The notes: generated by a model not told the origin, from the letters alone. A stretch of 64,000 nucleotides of DNA from Candidatus Binatia bacterium (GCA_963664395.2 OY761159.2:3616001-3680000); one strand, 5' to 3'; positions 19,921 to 30,048 are shown, counted from the stretch's first letter. Numbers and translations: made by a program.

Positions 19921-20973
19921 ATGCCGACACTCAATGGAACTGAGCTTGGGCTTTTGCCCACAATGGGCGTTGGCTCATACGCCTCGCCCTCGTGGTTGAT
20001 TGCGACCAGAAGAGCCCTCCGAGCCGGAACTGCCGGACCGGCAGATGTAGAAGAAGCTCTTCAAGACGCGGTGAGAATGGCCGTGTGGGACCAGGAAGAA
20101 GCCGGCCTGGACATCTTAACTGATGGGGAGATCCGTCGTCAGCGCTTTCTGTGGAACGTTGTCGAAAAGCTCTCCGGACTCAATATGGTGCGGGCGCAAC
20201 GCAAGCTCGGGATCATGAGCTATGATAGTGCACCGCGTTTCGAGACAACCGAACGGGTCGGCGCACCTGACGGGTTCGGGTTGGTTGACGAATTTACCTT
20301 TGTCCGGGCACAGACCGATAAACCGCTCAAAGTCTGCTGCCCCGGCCCGCTCACGCTCGCCCTGCCCATCAGGCTCAACGCTGGCTATCCGCCGGACGAC
20401 TACATGCCCCTCTTGTACGACTTGGCGGAACTGGTGAATAGGGAACTCCGAGGGGTTGTTGCGGCTGGCGCCACCTTTATTCAGCTTGACGAACCATCAG
20501 CCGTGGGTCGGGAGCCGGCAGTGTCCATCGAAGAAACAGTGAAGCTGTTCAATAAGACGCTGGAGGGGGTGGAGGCCAAAATCGCCCTCCACGTCTGCTT
20601 CGGTAATAACCAGGGCCGGCCGGCTATGAAACGGACGTATAAACCGTTGTTCCCCGGAATCCTTGACGTCAAGGTCGATCAATTTGTCTTGGAATTTGCC
20701 AATCGAGAAATGGCAGAGCTTGGGCTCTGGAGTCAATACGGTGATGAGCGTGAGTTCGCGGCTGGGGTGATTGATGTGAAGTCCATGTACCTGGAGACGG
20801 CGGAAGATGTAGCCGAGCGCATTCGTTTGACCCTTGAACATGTGCATCCGGAAAAGCTCTATCTGACCTGTGATTGCGGTTTTTCTGCGTCGTCCCGGAA
20901 TTTAGCCCGAGCCAAGCTGGGATCTCTGGTAGCAGGAGCCCAGCTTGTTCGACGAGAGGTCAGTGGAGCGTAA
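19921..20973 (+). CDS. Single-barrel (core) cobalamin-independent methionine synthase-like protein
   Basis: VGSY, TDGEIRR, PGP, IQLDEP, HVCFGN and DCG Zn ligands; no N-terminal folate barrel. Confidence 0.85.
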   Translation: MPTLNGTELGLLPTMGVGSYASPSWLIATRRALRAGTAGPADVEEALQDAVRMAVWDQEEAGLDILTDGEIRRQRFLWNVVEKLSGLNMVRAQRKLGIMSYDSAPRFETTERVGAPDGFGLVDEFTFVRAQTDKPLKVCCPGPLTLALPIRLNAGYPPDDYMPLLYDLAELVNRELRGVVAAGATFIQLDEPSAVGREPAVSIEETVKLFNKTLEGVEAKIALHVCFGNNQGRPAMKRTYKPLFPGILDVKVDQFVLEFANREMAELGLWSQYGDEREFAAGVIDVKSMYLETAEDVAERIRLTLEHVHPEKLYLTCDCGFSASSRNLARAKLGSLVAGAQLVRREVSGA

Positions 20974-21436
20974 ATCATCCAAACGGTTTGTCCCGTCCAT
21001 CCCTGCTCCCCCTGGCTGGGATGAGGAATGGCACGGCCAAAATCCTATAGACGCCCTGCACGAAGAGCCGCCTCTTCCCATGCCCACCCAGCAGGTGACC
21101 ATGGGAACGTGCGAGATCTGGTGCATCAGTCCCGAGGGCTATGAATGCCGTCTGGAGATGCCGGTTGATGGCGCCGGCGGTATGGCCGCCGTGTTAACCG
21201 AGCTCGAAGCGATGGGTTTTACCCCGCGCCAGCCAAAAATAAAGCCCGCTCCCCAGCCCCAACCGCAGCAGCATATTCCCCCACTCCCCCAAACAGAGCC
21301 CGGTCCGCCGTGGTGTGACGATCATGGCTGTTCGTTCAAGCTCTTTCGTAAAAACGACCGGAGCTGGTGGGCCCATTATGACGAAGCCGGCGGCCGCTGG
21401 TGCAACTCCCCGATTCCCGTGCGGGGAAGAGAGTAG
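20963..21436 (+). CDS. Hypothetical protein with C-terminal CxxH...H...C motif
   Basis: Overlaps upstream stop; Pro/Gln linker then WCDDHG...WWAH...WC. Confidence 0.6.
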   Translation: MERKSSKRFVPSIPAPPGWDEEWHGQNPIDALHEEPPLPMPTQQVTMGTCEIWCISPEGYECRLEMPVDGAGGMAAVLTELEAMGFTPRQPKIKPAPQPQPQQHIPPLPQTEPGPPWCDDHGCSFKLFRKNDRSWWAHYDEAGGRWCNSPIPVRGRE

Positions 21437-21440
21437 ACCT

Positions 21441-22130
21441 TTACTCGTCTGATTGCTGAACGGGCCGCAGGTTCGACAGCGCAGATTCCACTCTATCCAA
21501 ACGCTGCAGAATTTCCTGTTGCGGATCGGCACCCAGATACCCCTGCTCGACTAGTTGGATGAAATTTCTCGCAACTTCATCGGCAGAAAGGGGCCCGTCG
21601 GGCTGGTACCACTGATACAGCCAGTTGCACATGCCGAGAATGGCAAACGAGACAAGCTTGGCTGGGAGAGGCGCAAGGCGTCCGGCTTCGATACCTTTGG
21701 AAATAACGCCCTCAATGAGCCCATCGTATATCCGTCGTTCGGCTCGTGCCCGTTCGGCAATCTCCTCTGGCAAGCTACTTTCTTCGCTAAAAAAAACCGT
21801 AAGAAAATTTCGGTGGTCGGCCATGAGACGGACCTGATGCCGGATAATCTGACGGAGCTTTTCTTCGGGAGCTATGGGCTGGGAACAAATTTGCCGCAGA
21901 TCGCGCTGAAAAATAGCAATGGAACGCTCAAACACACGAATGAGTAGTTCTTCTTTACTTGGACAATAGCGATACAGGGTGACGCGGGAGATGCCCAAGC
22001 GCTCGGCGATTGTTTCGAGCGTCGTTGCACGGTAGCCCTGTTCGCCGAAACACTTTGCCGCAGCTTGTAAAATTGCTTCTTCGCGCAGGGCCTGCTTACT
22101 CCCCCGTGCGCGTCCGTTCTTTGTGGCCAT
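21441..22130 (-). CDS. TetR-family regulator (KstR2-like C-terminus)
   Basis: HTH IAERLGISRVTLYRY; GMCNWLYQWYQPDG. Confidence 0.88.
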   Translation of the reverse strand: MATKNGRARGSKQALREEAILQAAAKCFGEQGYRATTLETIAERLGISRVTLYRYCPSKEELLIRVFERSIAIFQRDLRQICSQPIAPEEKLRQIIRHQVRLMADHRNFLTVFFSEESSLPEEIAERARAERRIYDGLIEGVISKGIEAGRLAPLPAKLVSFAILGMCNWLYQWYQPDGPLSADEVARNFIQLVEQGYLGADPQQEILQRLDRVESALSNLRPVQQSDE

Positions 22131-22256
22131 GCCCTGCGCTTACTGGATTCCCTACGCTCGTGCAAGCCGTCTTCCGGTCTCCCTCTCTCTTGCGCCGCCT
22201 GGCAAGGCCGGGGTAAGGAAGAAGAAGCATGAGAGAAGACCGATAAGGAGGAGCCC

Positions 22257-22775
22257 ATGGTACACGTCTCAAAAGAAGCGATGCTGGAGCGGGTTGCACG
22301 CTTCAAAGAACTCAAGTCCAGCGCACAGGCCTTTGTTGATAGTAAGATCCCAGGCCATGAACGGGATATCTATAATGTGATTGGCCGCGGCGTCACCGAG
22401 GATACGAATCTCAACCCTGCGATTACCGTGGTGCAGGACTTTAACGTCACCTATGTTGGCGCGAGCCCAGGGAAAGGCGCAGCCTTGCACAGTCACAGTA
22501 CGATTGAAGTGTTTATCCCGCTGTCAGGGCAATGGTCTATCTACTGGGGGAATGAGGGAGAAGACGAAGTGATCCTGGACGCCTGGGATACGGTATCAGT
22601 CCCACCAGGGGTGATGCGCGGATTTAAGAATGTCGGCAGTGAAGACGCGCATTTGATGGCCATTCTGGGCGGAACCGATGCCGGTCACGTTGCCTGGGCT
22701 CCGCAAGTGCTCGAACAGGCCAAGCAGACGGATCTCAAGCTCAACGGGCAGGGGAATTTGCTATCGAACGAATAG
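22257..22775 (+). CDS. Cupin-domain protein
   Basis: GAALHSHSTIEVF, PPGVMRGF. Confidence 0.85.
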   Translation: MVHVSKEAMLERVARFKELKSSAQAFVDSKIPGHERDIYNVIGRGVTEDTNLNPAITVVQDFNVTYVGASPGKGAALHSHSTIEVFIPLSGQWSIYWGNEGEDEVILDAWDTVSVPPGVMRGFKNVGSEDAHLMAILGGTDAGHVAWAPQVLEQAKQTDLKLNGQGNLLSNE

Positions 22776-22802
22776 GGGAGCAGTGTAGCCGTCTTGCCTG
22801 CG

Positions 22803-23564
22803 CTACTGCTTCTCGAAATATGCCTGCGCTGCGGCAAAGCTGAGACGCTGATGATACGCCAACTCATCCTCAGGATAGCGATGCTCACGGCCGTAGACGC
22901 AGTTGTAACGGGCGTGACAACGATCAACGCAATCGGTGCGAGTTTCCAGACGATGCTGCACACAAGAAGGCAGGTCCCAGCCTTCTTCGGCGCTGATGGC
23001 CTGGGCCGGGCAGGTGGCCATACAAGGACGCTCAACGCAGCTTGAACACGGCTCAAAGTCTTGGGCAGGACCTGAGAGAGCTGGCAGAGCCTCCAGATTT
23101 TGGTCAATCAAAATGGCGGCTCGCAAGGCCAGCCACGGACCATACGTAGGATGAATCTGTACGCCGAGTATACTTGGTCTTGCCAGACCCGCCGCTTGAG
23201 CTAAGTGCATGAACGATACGGTCAGGCCGCTGAAAAACTGAAACGGGTAGATAAAGCGATAGGGAATGCGAGCCTCGTCTAAAAGCGGGGCAAGATTGGC
23301 TCCAATAACTTCGACCGTGTAGTCGTCCAGAGGATGTTCATGCTGCTGGAGATAGCCTGGCCGCGCCGCGACATATCGCCGAAAGCCCTTCCAGAATGCT
23401 CCACCGCCATTTCCGATAACGACGACGGTCTCGGCCTTGGGAAATCGCTGCTTGATATGATACTGCGACGGAACCAGGGCTTCGTAGTCAGACATGGCTG
23501 TCGTACCGATGAGGTTGAGTCCCACGGGGGCCAGTGCTGTGGTGATGTCTCGGAACAGAGCCAT
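22803..23564 (-). CDS. MMACHC/QueG-like fold protein with C-terminal Fe-S motif
   Basis: HPLD, IHPTYGPWLALRAA, PCSSCVERPCMATCP, CHARYNC. Confidence 0.6.
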   Translation of the reverse strand: MALFRDITTALAPVGLNLIGTTAMSDYEALVPSQYHIKQRFPKAETVVVIGNGGGAFWKGFRRYVAARPGYLQQHEHPLDDYTVEVIGANLAPLLDEARIPYRFIYPFQFFSGLTVSFMHLAQAAGLARPSILGVQIHPTYGPWLALRAAILIDQNLEALPALSGPAQDFEPCSSCVERPCMATCPAQAISAEEGWDLPSCVQHRLETRTDCVDRCHARYNCVYGREHRYPEDELAYHQRLSFAAAQAYFEKQ

Positions 23565-23578
23565 ACGTGTCCGGGTTC

Positions 23579-24310
23579 TTAGTATTTCACCATAACCAGG
23601 AACAAGCCTTGCGGCGGCGCATTCAGTCCGGCTCGAGAGCGGTCGTGCGCCGCAAAGACGGCGGCAAATTCGTCTTCGCTCAAAGCCCCCCGGCCAACGT
23701 CTACCAACGTGCCAACAATATTCCTGACCATATGGCGCAGAAATGACCGGGCTTCGACAGTATACACGAGAAAATCCTGCTCGCGACAGACCGCGCTTCG
23801 AATCATTGTGCGCCACGGCGTTCGTTCTACGGAATCCGCTCCTTGAAAAGACGAAAAATCATGATGCCCTATGAGCAAAGTCGCGGCTGCATTCATTGCT
23901 CCCCGATCCAAGGAATAGGGGATATGCCACGAGTAGCGGGCATGTATGGCCGATGGATAGGGCTGGTTCCACATGCGGTACTGATACGTCCTGCTGTGCG
24001 CGTCGTAGCGAGGCTGGAACGTATCCGGCACCTCGCTGATCTCATGGACAGCAATATCTGAGGGCAGAACCGCGTTCAGGCTGTGCCGGAATCGCGGCAG
24101 GTTGAGAGGACGGACGGACTGAAAGGTTGCGACTTGGCCCAGCGCATGGACTCCGGCATCCGTTCGTCCAGCCACCTGTACCCGAATGGGTGTATTCAGA
24201 ATCCGGGATAATCCGGCTTCGAGCGTCCCCTGAACGGTGGCCCCTTTGGGCTGAATCTGCCAGCCGTGATAGTTGGTCCCATCGTATTCGAGCCGCAATT
24301 TGTAATGCAC
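23579..24310 (-). CDS. truA: tRNA pseudouridine(38-40) synthase
   Basis: YDGTNYHGWQ, AGRTDAGVHA, FLRHMVR. Confidence 0.96.
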   Translation of the reverse strand: MHYKLRLEYDGTNYHGWQIQPKGATVQGTLEAGLSRILNTPIRVQVAGRTDAGVHALGQVATFQSVRPLNLPRFRHSLNAVLPSDIAVHEISEVPDTFQPRYDAHSRTYQYRMWNQPYPSAIHARYSWHIPYSLDRGAMNAAATLLIGHHDFSSFQGADSVERTPWRTMIRSAVCREQDFLVYTVEARSFLRHMVRNIVGTLVDVGRGALSEDEFAAVFAAHDRSRAGLNAPPQGLFLVMVKY

Positions 24311-24417
24311 GGGGTATGGTGTATGGAAAGCCGTCTGCGCTTGGCCGATCCGGGTATAAGAAAAAGGCCCGCAATAGCTGCGGGCCTATGGGTCTCAGGC
24401 TGTCGGTCTGCCAGAAG

Positions 24418-25584
24418 CTACTGTCCCAGCTTATAAACCTCAGCCACGTTTGCCCCGATGACCTGCTGCCGGGCCGTTTCGGAGAGTGGCGTGACCAGCC
24501 GTTTCAGGGCCGGCATGTATTGATCGCTGTGGTCCGGATGCGGGAAGTCCGATGCCCAGAAGAATTTGTCGGCTCCGACGAATTCAATGATGTGCTGCAA
24601 GGCTTTTTCGTCCGGGTCGGCCGAGATCCAGCACTGGCGCTGAAAATAAAAGCTGGGCTGCTCCTTGAGCTGGGTCGAATGGGCTAGCGGACCCTCAAAC
24701 ACCGCGTCCATCCGGTCGAGCAAATAGCCAATCCAGCCGGCCTGGGATTCGAGCACGACGGCCTTCACCGTGGGGAAGCGCTCGAACACGCCGTGATGAA
24801 AGAGTGATACAAACGCCTGCTGCATGTTTTGGGCGACCAGCACATCAAAATACCAGTTGAAGTCGATCGGTTCCGTTGGCACGAGTTCTTCAAAGCGGCC
24901 GTGGGGCATGAATTGGATGGGCTCGAAGGTCGGATGCAGGGCAATTGGCACATCCAACTCCTGCGCCTTTGCCCAGACCGGATCATAGTCCGGATGCCCA
25001 TGCGATTTCCTCGTCCAGGTAAACGGCGCGAAAAAAGCTCCTTTGCAGCCCGCCTTGACTGCCCGCTCCAGTTCTTTCGCCGCTTCGTTGGCATCGGTAC
25101 CGGACAGATGGGCGATGGGGATGAGGCGTCCACCTGATTCAGAGCAAAAGTCCACAATCCAACGGTTATAGGCCCGGCAATAGGCGGCTGAGATTTCCGG
25201 GTCCTGGACCTCAGACTCCCACAATAGCCCGATGGTGGGGTAGAGAATCGCCTTGGCCAGCCCTTCGCCATCGATTCGCTCTACGCGTTCCTTGGCGTTC
25301 ATCGAGCCCAACGGCGCGCCATCAATATAGCGGCGGTCCGGACCTGGCACGATATCCGGCTGGCCCATGGCGCCCAGAATGCCGGGGAAACCGCGCTCGC
25401 ACAGTCGGGACGGTTTGCCATCAAACTCAAAATACTCCCAGCCTTCGTCGTCCGTTTTAATCCGAATGGCCCGCTCGCGGTATTGGGGCTCGAGATACTG
25501 CTCCCACAAGTCGGGCGGCTCCAGAATATGGCCATCACAATCGATGGAGCCCTCAAGACTGACTTCAGTGTGAGCGGCTGACAT
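24418..25584 (-). CDS. Amidohydrolase_2 family metallo-hydrolase/decarboxylase
   Basis: DCDGH, YPT, WASDFPHPD. Confidence 0.88.
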   Translation of the reverse strand: MSAAHTEVSLEGSIDCDGHILEPPDLWEQYLEPQYRERAIRIKTDDEGWEYFEFDGKPSRLCERGFPGILGAMGQPDIVPGPDRRYIDGAPLGSMNAKERVERIDGEGLAKAILYPTIGLLWESEVQDPEISAAYCRAYNRWIVDFCSESGGRLIPIAHLSGTDANEAAKELERAVKAGCKGAFFAPFTWTRKSHGHPDYDPVWAKAQELDVPIALHPTFEPIQFMPHGRFEELVPTEPIDFNWYFDVLVAQNMQQAFVSLFHHGVFERFPTVKAVVLESQAGWIGYLLDRMDAVFEGPLAHSTQLKEQPSFYFQRQCWISADPDEKALQHIIEFVGADKFFWASDFPHPDHSDQYMPALKRLVTPLSETARQQVIGANVAEVYKLGQ

Positions 25585-25594
25585 ACGACCCTCC

Positions 25595-25618
25595 TATTGC
25601 TGCTGTTATTGCTGCTGT
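25595..25618. repeat. 12-bp tandem duplication (TATTGCTGCTGT)x2
   Basis: Exact copies adjoining the RBS of the amidohydrolase. Confidence 0.8.
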
Positions 25619-25783
25619 GTTCGATTGTATTCCTTTCCCATACCGAGAATCCCCAAAAAATACTAGTTGGCAAAAATCCTGAGACACACGCTCCTGGTGT
25701 GAGGATATCGCCCGGAGTGCTCTAGTCCTCCAGCCGCAGAACTGGTAAGGGAAGCGACAGGCTGTATTGGAAGACAAGGAGTT

Positions 25784-25972
25784 TTGCGCATGCTTGGGGC
25801 ATTATTAGGAATTGGTGTTGGGGCTGTCGTGCTTGTCGGGACTTGGTCTGCTTCGAGTCTTGGGGAGGGTCATGTTTCAACAGGGGCAATGACGTTAGGG
25901 ATATTAGGCGCGATTATGGTTACCGTGCTGGTCTCCGTCCTTGCCAATGCCAGCCATCAAGAGCCGGAGTAA
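25784..25972 (+). CDS. Small two-TM hypothetical protein
   Basis: AAGGAG RBS; two hydrophobic segments. Confidence 0.5.
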   Translation: MRMLGALLGIGVGAVVLVGTWSASSLGEGHVSTGAMTLGILGAIMVTVLVSVLANASHQEPE

Positions 25973-26291
25973 GGGGTGTCACGGGTCCCTTTCCGATAAG
26001 CCTTTGTTTTTGCTTTGCGTGAAATCGGTCCGTTCAAACATGGCTCGTCCATCCATGCGAGGGCCTCTGCCGCACTCGTAAATCGCTTGGCAGCGCTTGG
26101 GCCTGTCTGTCGCCTGATCTTTTTCAGCCCTCCGAATCTTTTCCTGCGTATCTGCGTGTTCATGGATTTCATGGCTGCTCTTCAGGCGGATAAAGTTTTG
26201 ATACCTGCGATAGGGAAGGGTGACCTCGGCTAGCTTGTCTCCGGGATTGACAGGCGAACAGGGGGACGGGTAAGTACTTCACGTACTTTGC

Positions 26292-26375
<84 letters not shown>

Positions 26376-26383
26376 TAAGTCAC

Positions 26384-26418
26384 GGGGCTTTTCTCAACAA
26401 AGAGGGAAGCCCCTTTTT
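26384..26418 (+). terminator. Intrinsic terminator after tRNA-Leu
   Basis: GGGGCTT...AAGCCCC followed by TTTTT. Confidence 0.7.
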
Positions 26419-26485
26419 ACTGGGATTCTGTTACAACAGACCTCTTATCTCATAAAGCGAGTCTGCTTCCCCAAGGAGAGAGCTG

Positions 26486-29400
26486 ATGCCAAACGAACTG
26501 GCAACCCAATACGACCCGGCCGGACTGGAAAAAACGATCATACAGCGCTGGGCCGAGACCAAGCCCTTTGCGGCTACGCCGGACGACAACGCTCAACGCT
26601 ATGTGATCATGATGCCGCTGCCCAATGTCACCGGCGCGCTGCACATGGGGCACGCCATGGACAACGTCATGCAGGATATGCTGACACGCTGGCATCGCAT
26701 GATGGGGGATAACGCGTTGTGGATGGCGGGGACGGATCATGCCGGCATCGCCACGCAGGCCGTTGTGGAAAAGCGCCTGTTCGAGCTGGAAGGCAAAACG
26801 CGCCATGACGTTGGCCGCGAGGCCCTGGTGGAACGCATCTGGGACTGGAAAGAGCAATACCAGGCCCGCATTGTCAGCCAACAACAGGCCATGGGCTGTT
26901 CGTGCGACTGGGACCGCCAGCGCTTTACCATGGATACCGTCTGTGCGCGGGCCGTGCAGTGGACGTTCTTTCATCTGTTCCGTGACGGACTTATTTTTCG
27001 TGGTACCCGCCTGGTCAACTGGGACTGTCATTTGCAAACCGCAGTCGCGGATGACGAGATTGTGTATGAAACCACACAGGGGCATTTCTGGCATCTGCGC
27101 TATCCCATCATTGATCCTCAGCCGGGCGAACCGGAATACGTTGTGGTCGCTACGACGCGGCCTGAAACCATGCTGGGCGATACCGCGGTGGCCTGCCATC
27201 CCGACCCGCGCGGAACGCTGGAAGCACTCATTCGCAAAACCCAGGAGCGCCTGACCCGCGCCGGCCAAAAAGAACGCGCCGAATTGGAAGCAGAGATTGC
27301 TCGGCTTGAAAAACGCCGTGACTCGCACCTGCCGCAACTTGAACGGCTCGCCGCCATGGCCAAAGCTGGTCGTATGGTTCGACTGCCGCTCCTGGAGCGC
27401 CCGATGCCGCTCATCTGCGACGAATGGGCAAAACCAGAATTAGGCAGTGGCTGTGTGAAAATCACCCCAGGCCATGACCCCAATGACTACGAGGTATGGG
27501 GCCGCCACACAGAAGAGATCGGTATTATTAATATTCTTCGCGTTGATGGTTCTTTGAACGACAGTGCCGGGTTGTACCAAGGACTTGACCGTTTTGAGGC
27601 ACGAGACAAGGTTATTCAGGATCTGGAGGCTCAAGGCTTACTCGAAGCCATTGAGGATCGAGAGATCGAAATCGGCCACTCAGACCGATCCAAGACGCCG
27701 GTTGAGCCGTATCTGTCGGAGCAGTGGTTCGTGCGCATGGGTGATGTGGACGGTGGGGTGGTGTGTGGCCGGGGGACAGACAATGAATTTGTTGCACCCG
27801 GATTAGCCCAGGCCGCCCTTGACGCTGCCGAAGGTATATGGCGCTCGCCCACGGGCAAGAGCGTTTCTTTTCACCCGGACATTCGTTACCGTAATACCTA
27901 TATCAGTTGGCTCTCAGAGAAGCGTGACTGGTGTATCAGCCGTCAGCTCTGGTGGGGACATCAGATCCCGATCTGGTCAGGGAGCTTCCAAGGCCGGGCG
28001 TTGCAGGAACAACTCGCCTGGCTCGCACCGTATTTGAAGCGTGAGGATGTTGTCGCCCGCTTACAGACGAGTGACACGAACGAACTCCTCAATTCCGCTA
28101 CGTTGGCTAGTATAGCCCGACAGATTGCCGACGCTATGCAGGAGCAAATCCAAGGAAAAATTTTGGTGTGTTTGCGTGAGTCGCCTCTCCAAGAGGACGT
28201 TGTGAGAGACCTGGAAGCAGCCGGTTTTGTCCGTGACCCCGATGTGCTGGATACCTGGTTTTCGAGCGGATTGTGGCCGCATAGCACCTTGGGCTGGCCC
28301 GCTCCCAACACCGCGGCAGTCGAAGCGGGTCAATCGCCTTTAGGGAAACTCAACGGCTCTCAGGATTGCCTCTCATATTACTATCCAGGCTCGTGCCTCG
28401 TGACCGGGCGCGACATCATTACCCTATGGGTCGCCCGCATGGTCCTCATGGGCCTGTATAACCTGGGTGACGTGCCGTTCACCGATGTCTTTATCCACGC
28501 CACGATTTTGGATGGGAAAGGCGAACGGATGAGTAAATCGAAAGGCAATGGCATTGATCCGGTGGATATTATCGAACGCTACGGCTGTGATGCCATGCGG
28601 TATGTCCTGTGTGAGATGCAAACCGGCTCGCAGGACATTCGCCTGCCCGTTCAAGCCATATCGCCGTTTAGCAATGAACCCGTAGACCTGGCAAAAGCCA
28701 AGCATGGCAACAGTATTTTTACCTACGTCTGCCCCAAAACCGGCAAAGAATTTGATGTGCTCGGCACCATGCCGGACATCCCTTCGGCCAAGCTGATCAG
28801 CGAACGCTTTGAGGTTGGCCGCCACTTCTGTAACAAGCTGTGGAACGCGGTGCGGTTTGCGTTGCTGAATCTTGAGCAGGCATCTTTTGTGGAACGGAAG
28901 CCGGCTGAACTGTCGTTCGAAGATCGTTGGATATTATCGCGCCTGACGCGGGCAATCGCCGAAGTGCAACAACAGCTTGAAACCTATAATCCGTCTGCTG
29001 CCATCTCGACTGCGCGTGACTTTTTCTGGTCAGAACTGTGCGATTGGTATCTGGAAATGATCAAGCCGCGCCTGCGCCAGGCAGGCGAAGGGGACAGCGC
29101 CCGACAAGTCCTGGCCTTCTGCATTGATCAGACTCTGCGGCTGTTTCATCCGTTCATTCCTTTTGTGACCGACTTTTTATGGCAACAACTGAATGCACAT
29201 GCCGCCCCGCGCGGGATTGAGAGCCAGCTTCAGACGCCCGACACGATATCCCGCGCGCCGTGGCCACAGCCGAATACGAACTGGCAAAATGAGCAACTGG
29301 AACAACAGGTAGACTTTTTACAGAGCGTCATTCGGGCCATTCGCGATATTCGCAGCCAGTACACGGTGCCGCCGAAACAGCGGGTGCAGGTACGCATCAA

Positions 29401-29761
29401 AACCGTGGACCAAGCGCCGGATATTCTGAACAAGGGACTGATCCATATTCAAGGTCTGGCCGGGGTTGAGTCGGTTGAGATGGCCGCGGATGCCGAGCGG
29501 ACGCGCGATTCCGCCACTGCGGTTGTGGGCGATCTTGAGATTTACGTGCTGGGGGTCATCGATGTGGAGAAAGAACGGGCGCGTTTGAACGGACAGATCA
29601 AGAAATTGAACGGCGTGCTTGAGGGCGTGCGGAAAAAGCTCGGTAACGAGAAATTCCTGTCACGGGCAAACCCCGAAGTGGTTGTAAAGGAGCGCTCCAA
29701 GCTGGCCGACATGGAGTCGCAGTTAGGGACGCTCAACGAGAATCTTGCCGCGTTGGGGTAA
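26486..29761 (+). CDS. valS: Valine--tRNA ligase with insertions
   Basis: PNVTGALHMGH, DHAGIATQ, TTRPET, DWCISRQLWWGH, RMSKS, C-terminal coiled coil. Confidence 0.96.
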   Translation: MPNELATQYDPAGLEKTIIQRWAETKPFAATPDDNAQRYVIMMPLPNVTGALHMGHAMDNVMQDMLTRWHRMMGDNALWMAGTDHAGIATQAVVEKRLFELEGKTRHDVGREALVERIWDWKEQYQARIVSQQQAMGCSCDWDRQRFTMDTVCARAVQWTFFHLFRDGLIFRGTRLVNWDCHLQTAVADDEIVYETTQGHFWHLRYPIIDPQPGEPEYVVVATTRPETMLGDTAVACHPDPRGTLEALIRKTQERLTRAGQKERAELEAEIARLEKRRDSHLPQLERLAAMAKAGRMVRLPLLERPMPLICDEWAKPELGSGCVKITPGHDPNDYEVWGRHTEEIGIINILRVDGSLNDSAGLYQGLDRFEARDKVIQDLEAQGLLEAIEDREIEIGHSDRSKTPVEPYLSEQWFVRMGDVDGGVVCGRGTDNEFVAPGLAQAALDAAEGIWRSPTGKSVSFHPDIRYRNTYISWLSEKRDWCISRQLWWGHQIPIWSGSFQGRALQEQLAWLAPYLKREDVVARLQTSDTNELLNSATLASIARQIADAMQEQIQGKILVCLRESPLQEDVVRDLEAAGFVRDPDVLDTWFSSGLWPHSTLGWPAPNTAAVEAGQSPLGKLNGSQDCLSYYYPGSCLVTGRDIITLWVARMVLMGLYNLGDVPFTDVFIHATILDGKGERMSKSKGNGIDPVDIIERYGCDAMRYVLCEMQTGSQDIRLPVQAISPFSNEPVDLAKAKHGNSIFTYVCPKTGKEFDVLGTMPDIPSAKLISERFEVGRHFCNKLWNAVRFALLNLEQASFVERKPAELSFEDRWILSRLTRAIAEVQQQLETYNPSAAISTARDFFWSELCDWYLEMIKPRLRQAGEGDSARQVLAFCIDQTLRLFHPFIPFVTDFLWQQLNAHAAPRGIESQLQTPDTISRAPWPQPNTNWQNEQLEQQVDFLQSVIRAIRDIRSQYTVPPKQRVQVRIKTVDQAPDILNKGLIHIQGLAGVESVEMAADAERTRDSATAVVGDLEIYVLGVIDVEKERARLNGQIKKLNGVLEGVRKKLGNEKFLSRANPEVVVKERSKLADMESQLGTLNENLAALG

Positions 29762-29765
29762 GCGC

Positions 29766-29794
29766 TTGACGCCCCGGAGAGGGCTTTATAGGCT
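29766..29794 (+). promoter_or_regulatory. Sigma70-like promoter of TA pair
   Basis: TTGACG-N17-TAGGCT. Confidence 0.5.
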
Positions 29795-29853
29795 ACTGGG
29801 GCAACATGGTCATCCAGCAGCAGGTGGACCGGTAAAAACCATGAGGAACTCCA

Positions 29854-30048
29854 ATGACTCCACAATTTCTTGTTGACGCGGACGGGCACAGGACCGCCGT
29901 CGTTTTACCGCTTCAGGACTTCCGGGCACTGGTCGAGCGCTTGGAAGAGTTGGAGGACCTGCGGCTCATTGAAGAACGAAAAAATGAGCCGACCATTCCC
30001 ATTTCCTCCCTGGAGGACCTGCTAGCCGATGTTGAAGCTGGCGATTAA
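29854..30048 (+). CDS. Type II antitoxin (RelB-like partner)
   Basis: Small acidic protein (AVVLP...ERLEELED) overlapping the downstream toxin. Confidence 0.8.
   Translation: MTPQFLVDADGHRTAVVLPLQDFRALVERLEELEDLRLIEERKNEPTIPISSLEDLLADVEAGD

Noticed and set aside
26376-26485. T-box riboswitch before valS
   Set aside because: Too short; only a terminator hairpin, no T-box consensus.
26450-27337. 295-aa ORF antisense to valS (and similar at 35685-36491, 38598-39470, 56208-57053)
   Set aside because: Expected antisense open frames from codon bias in GC-rich genes.
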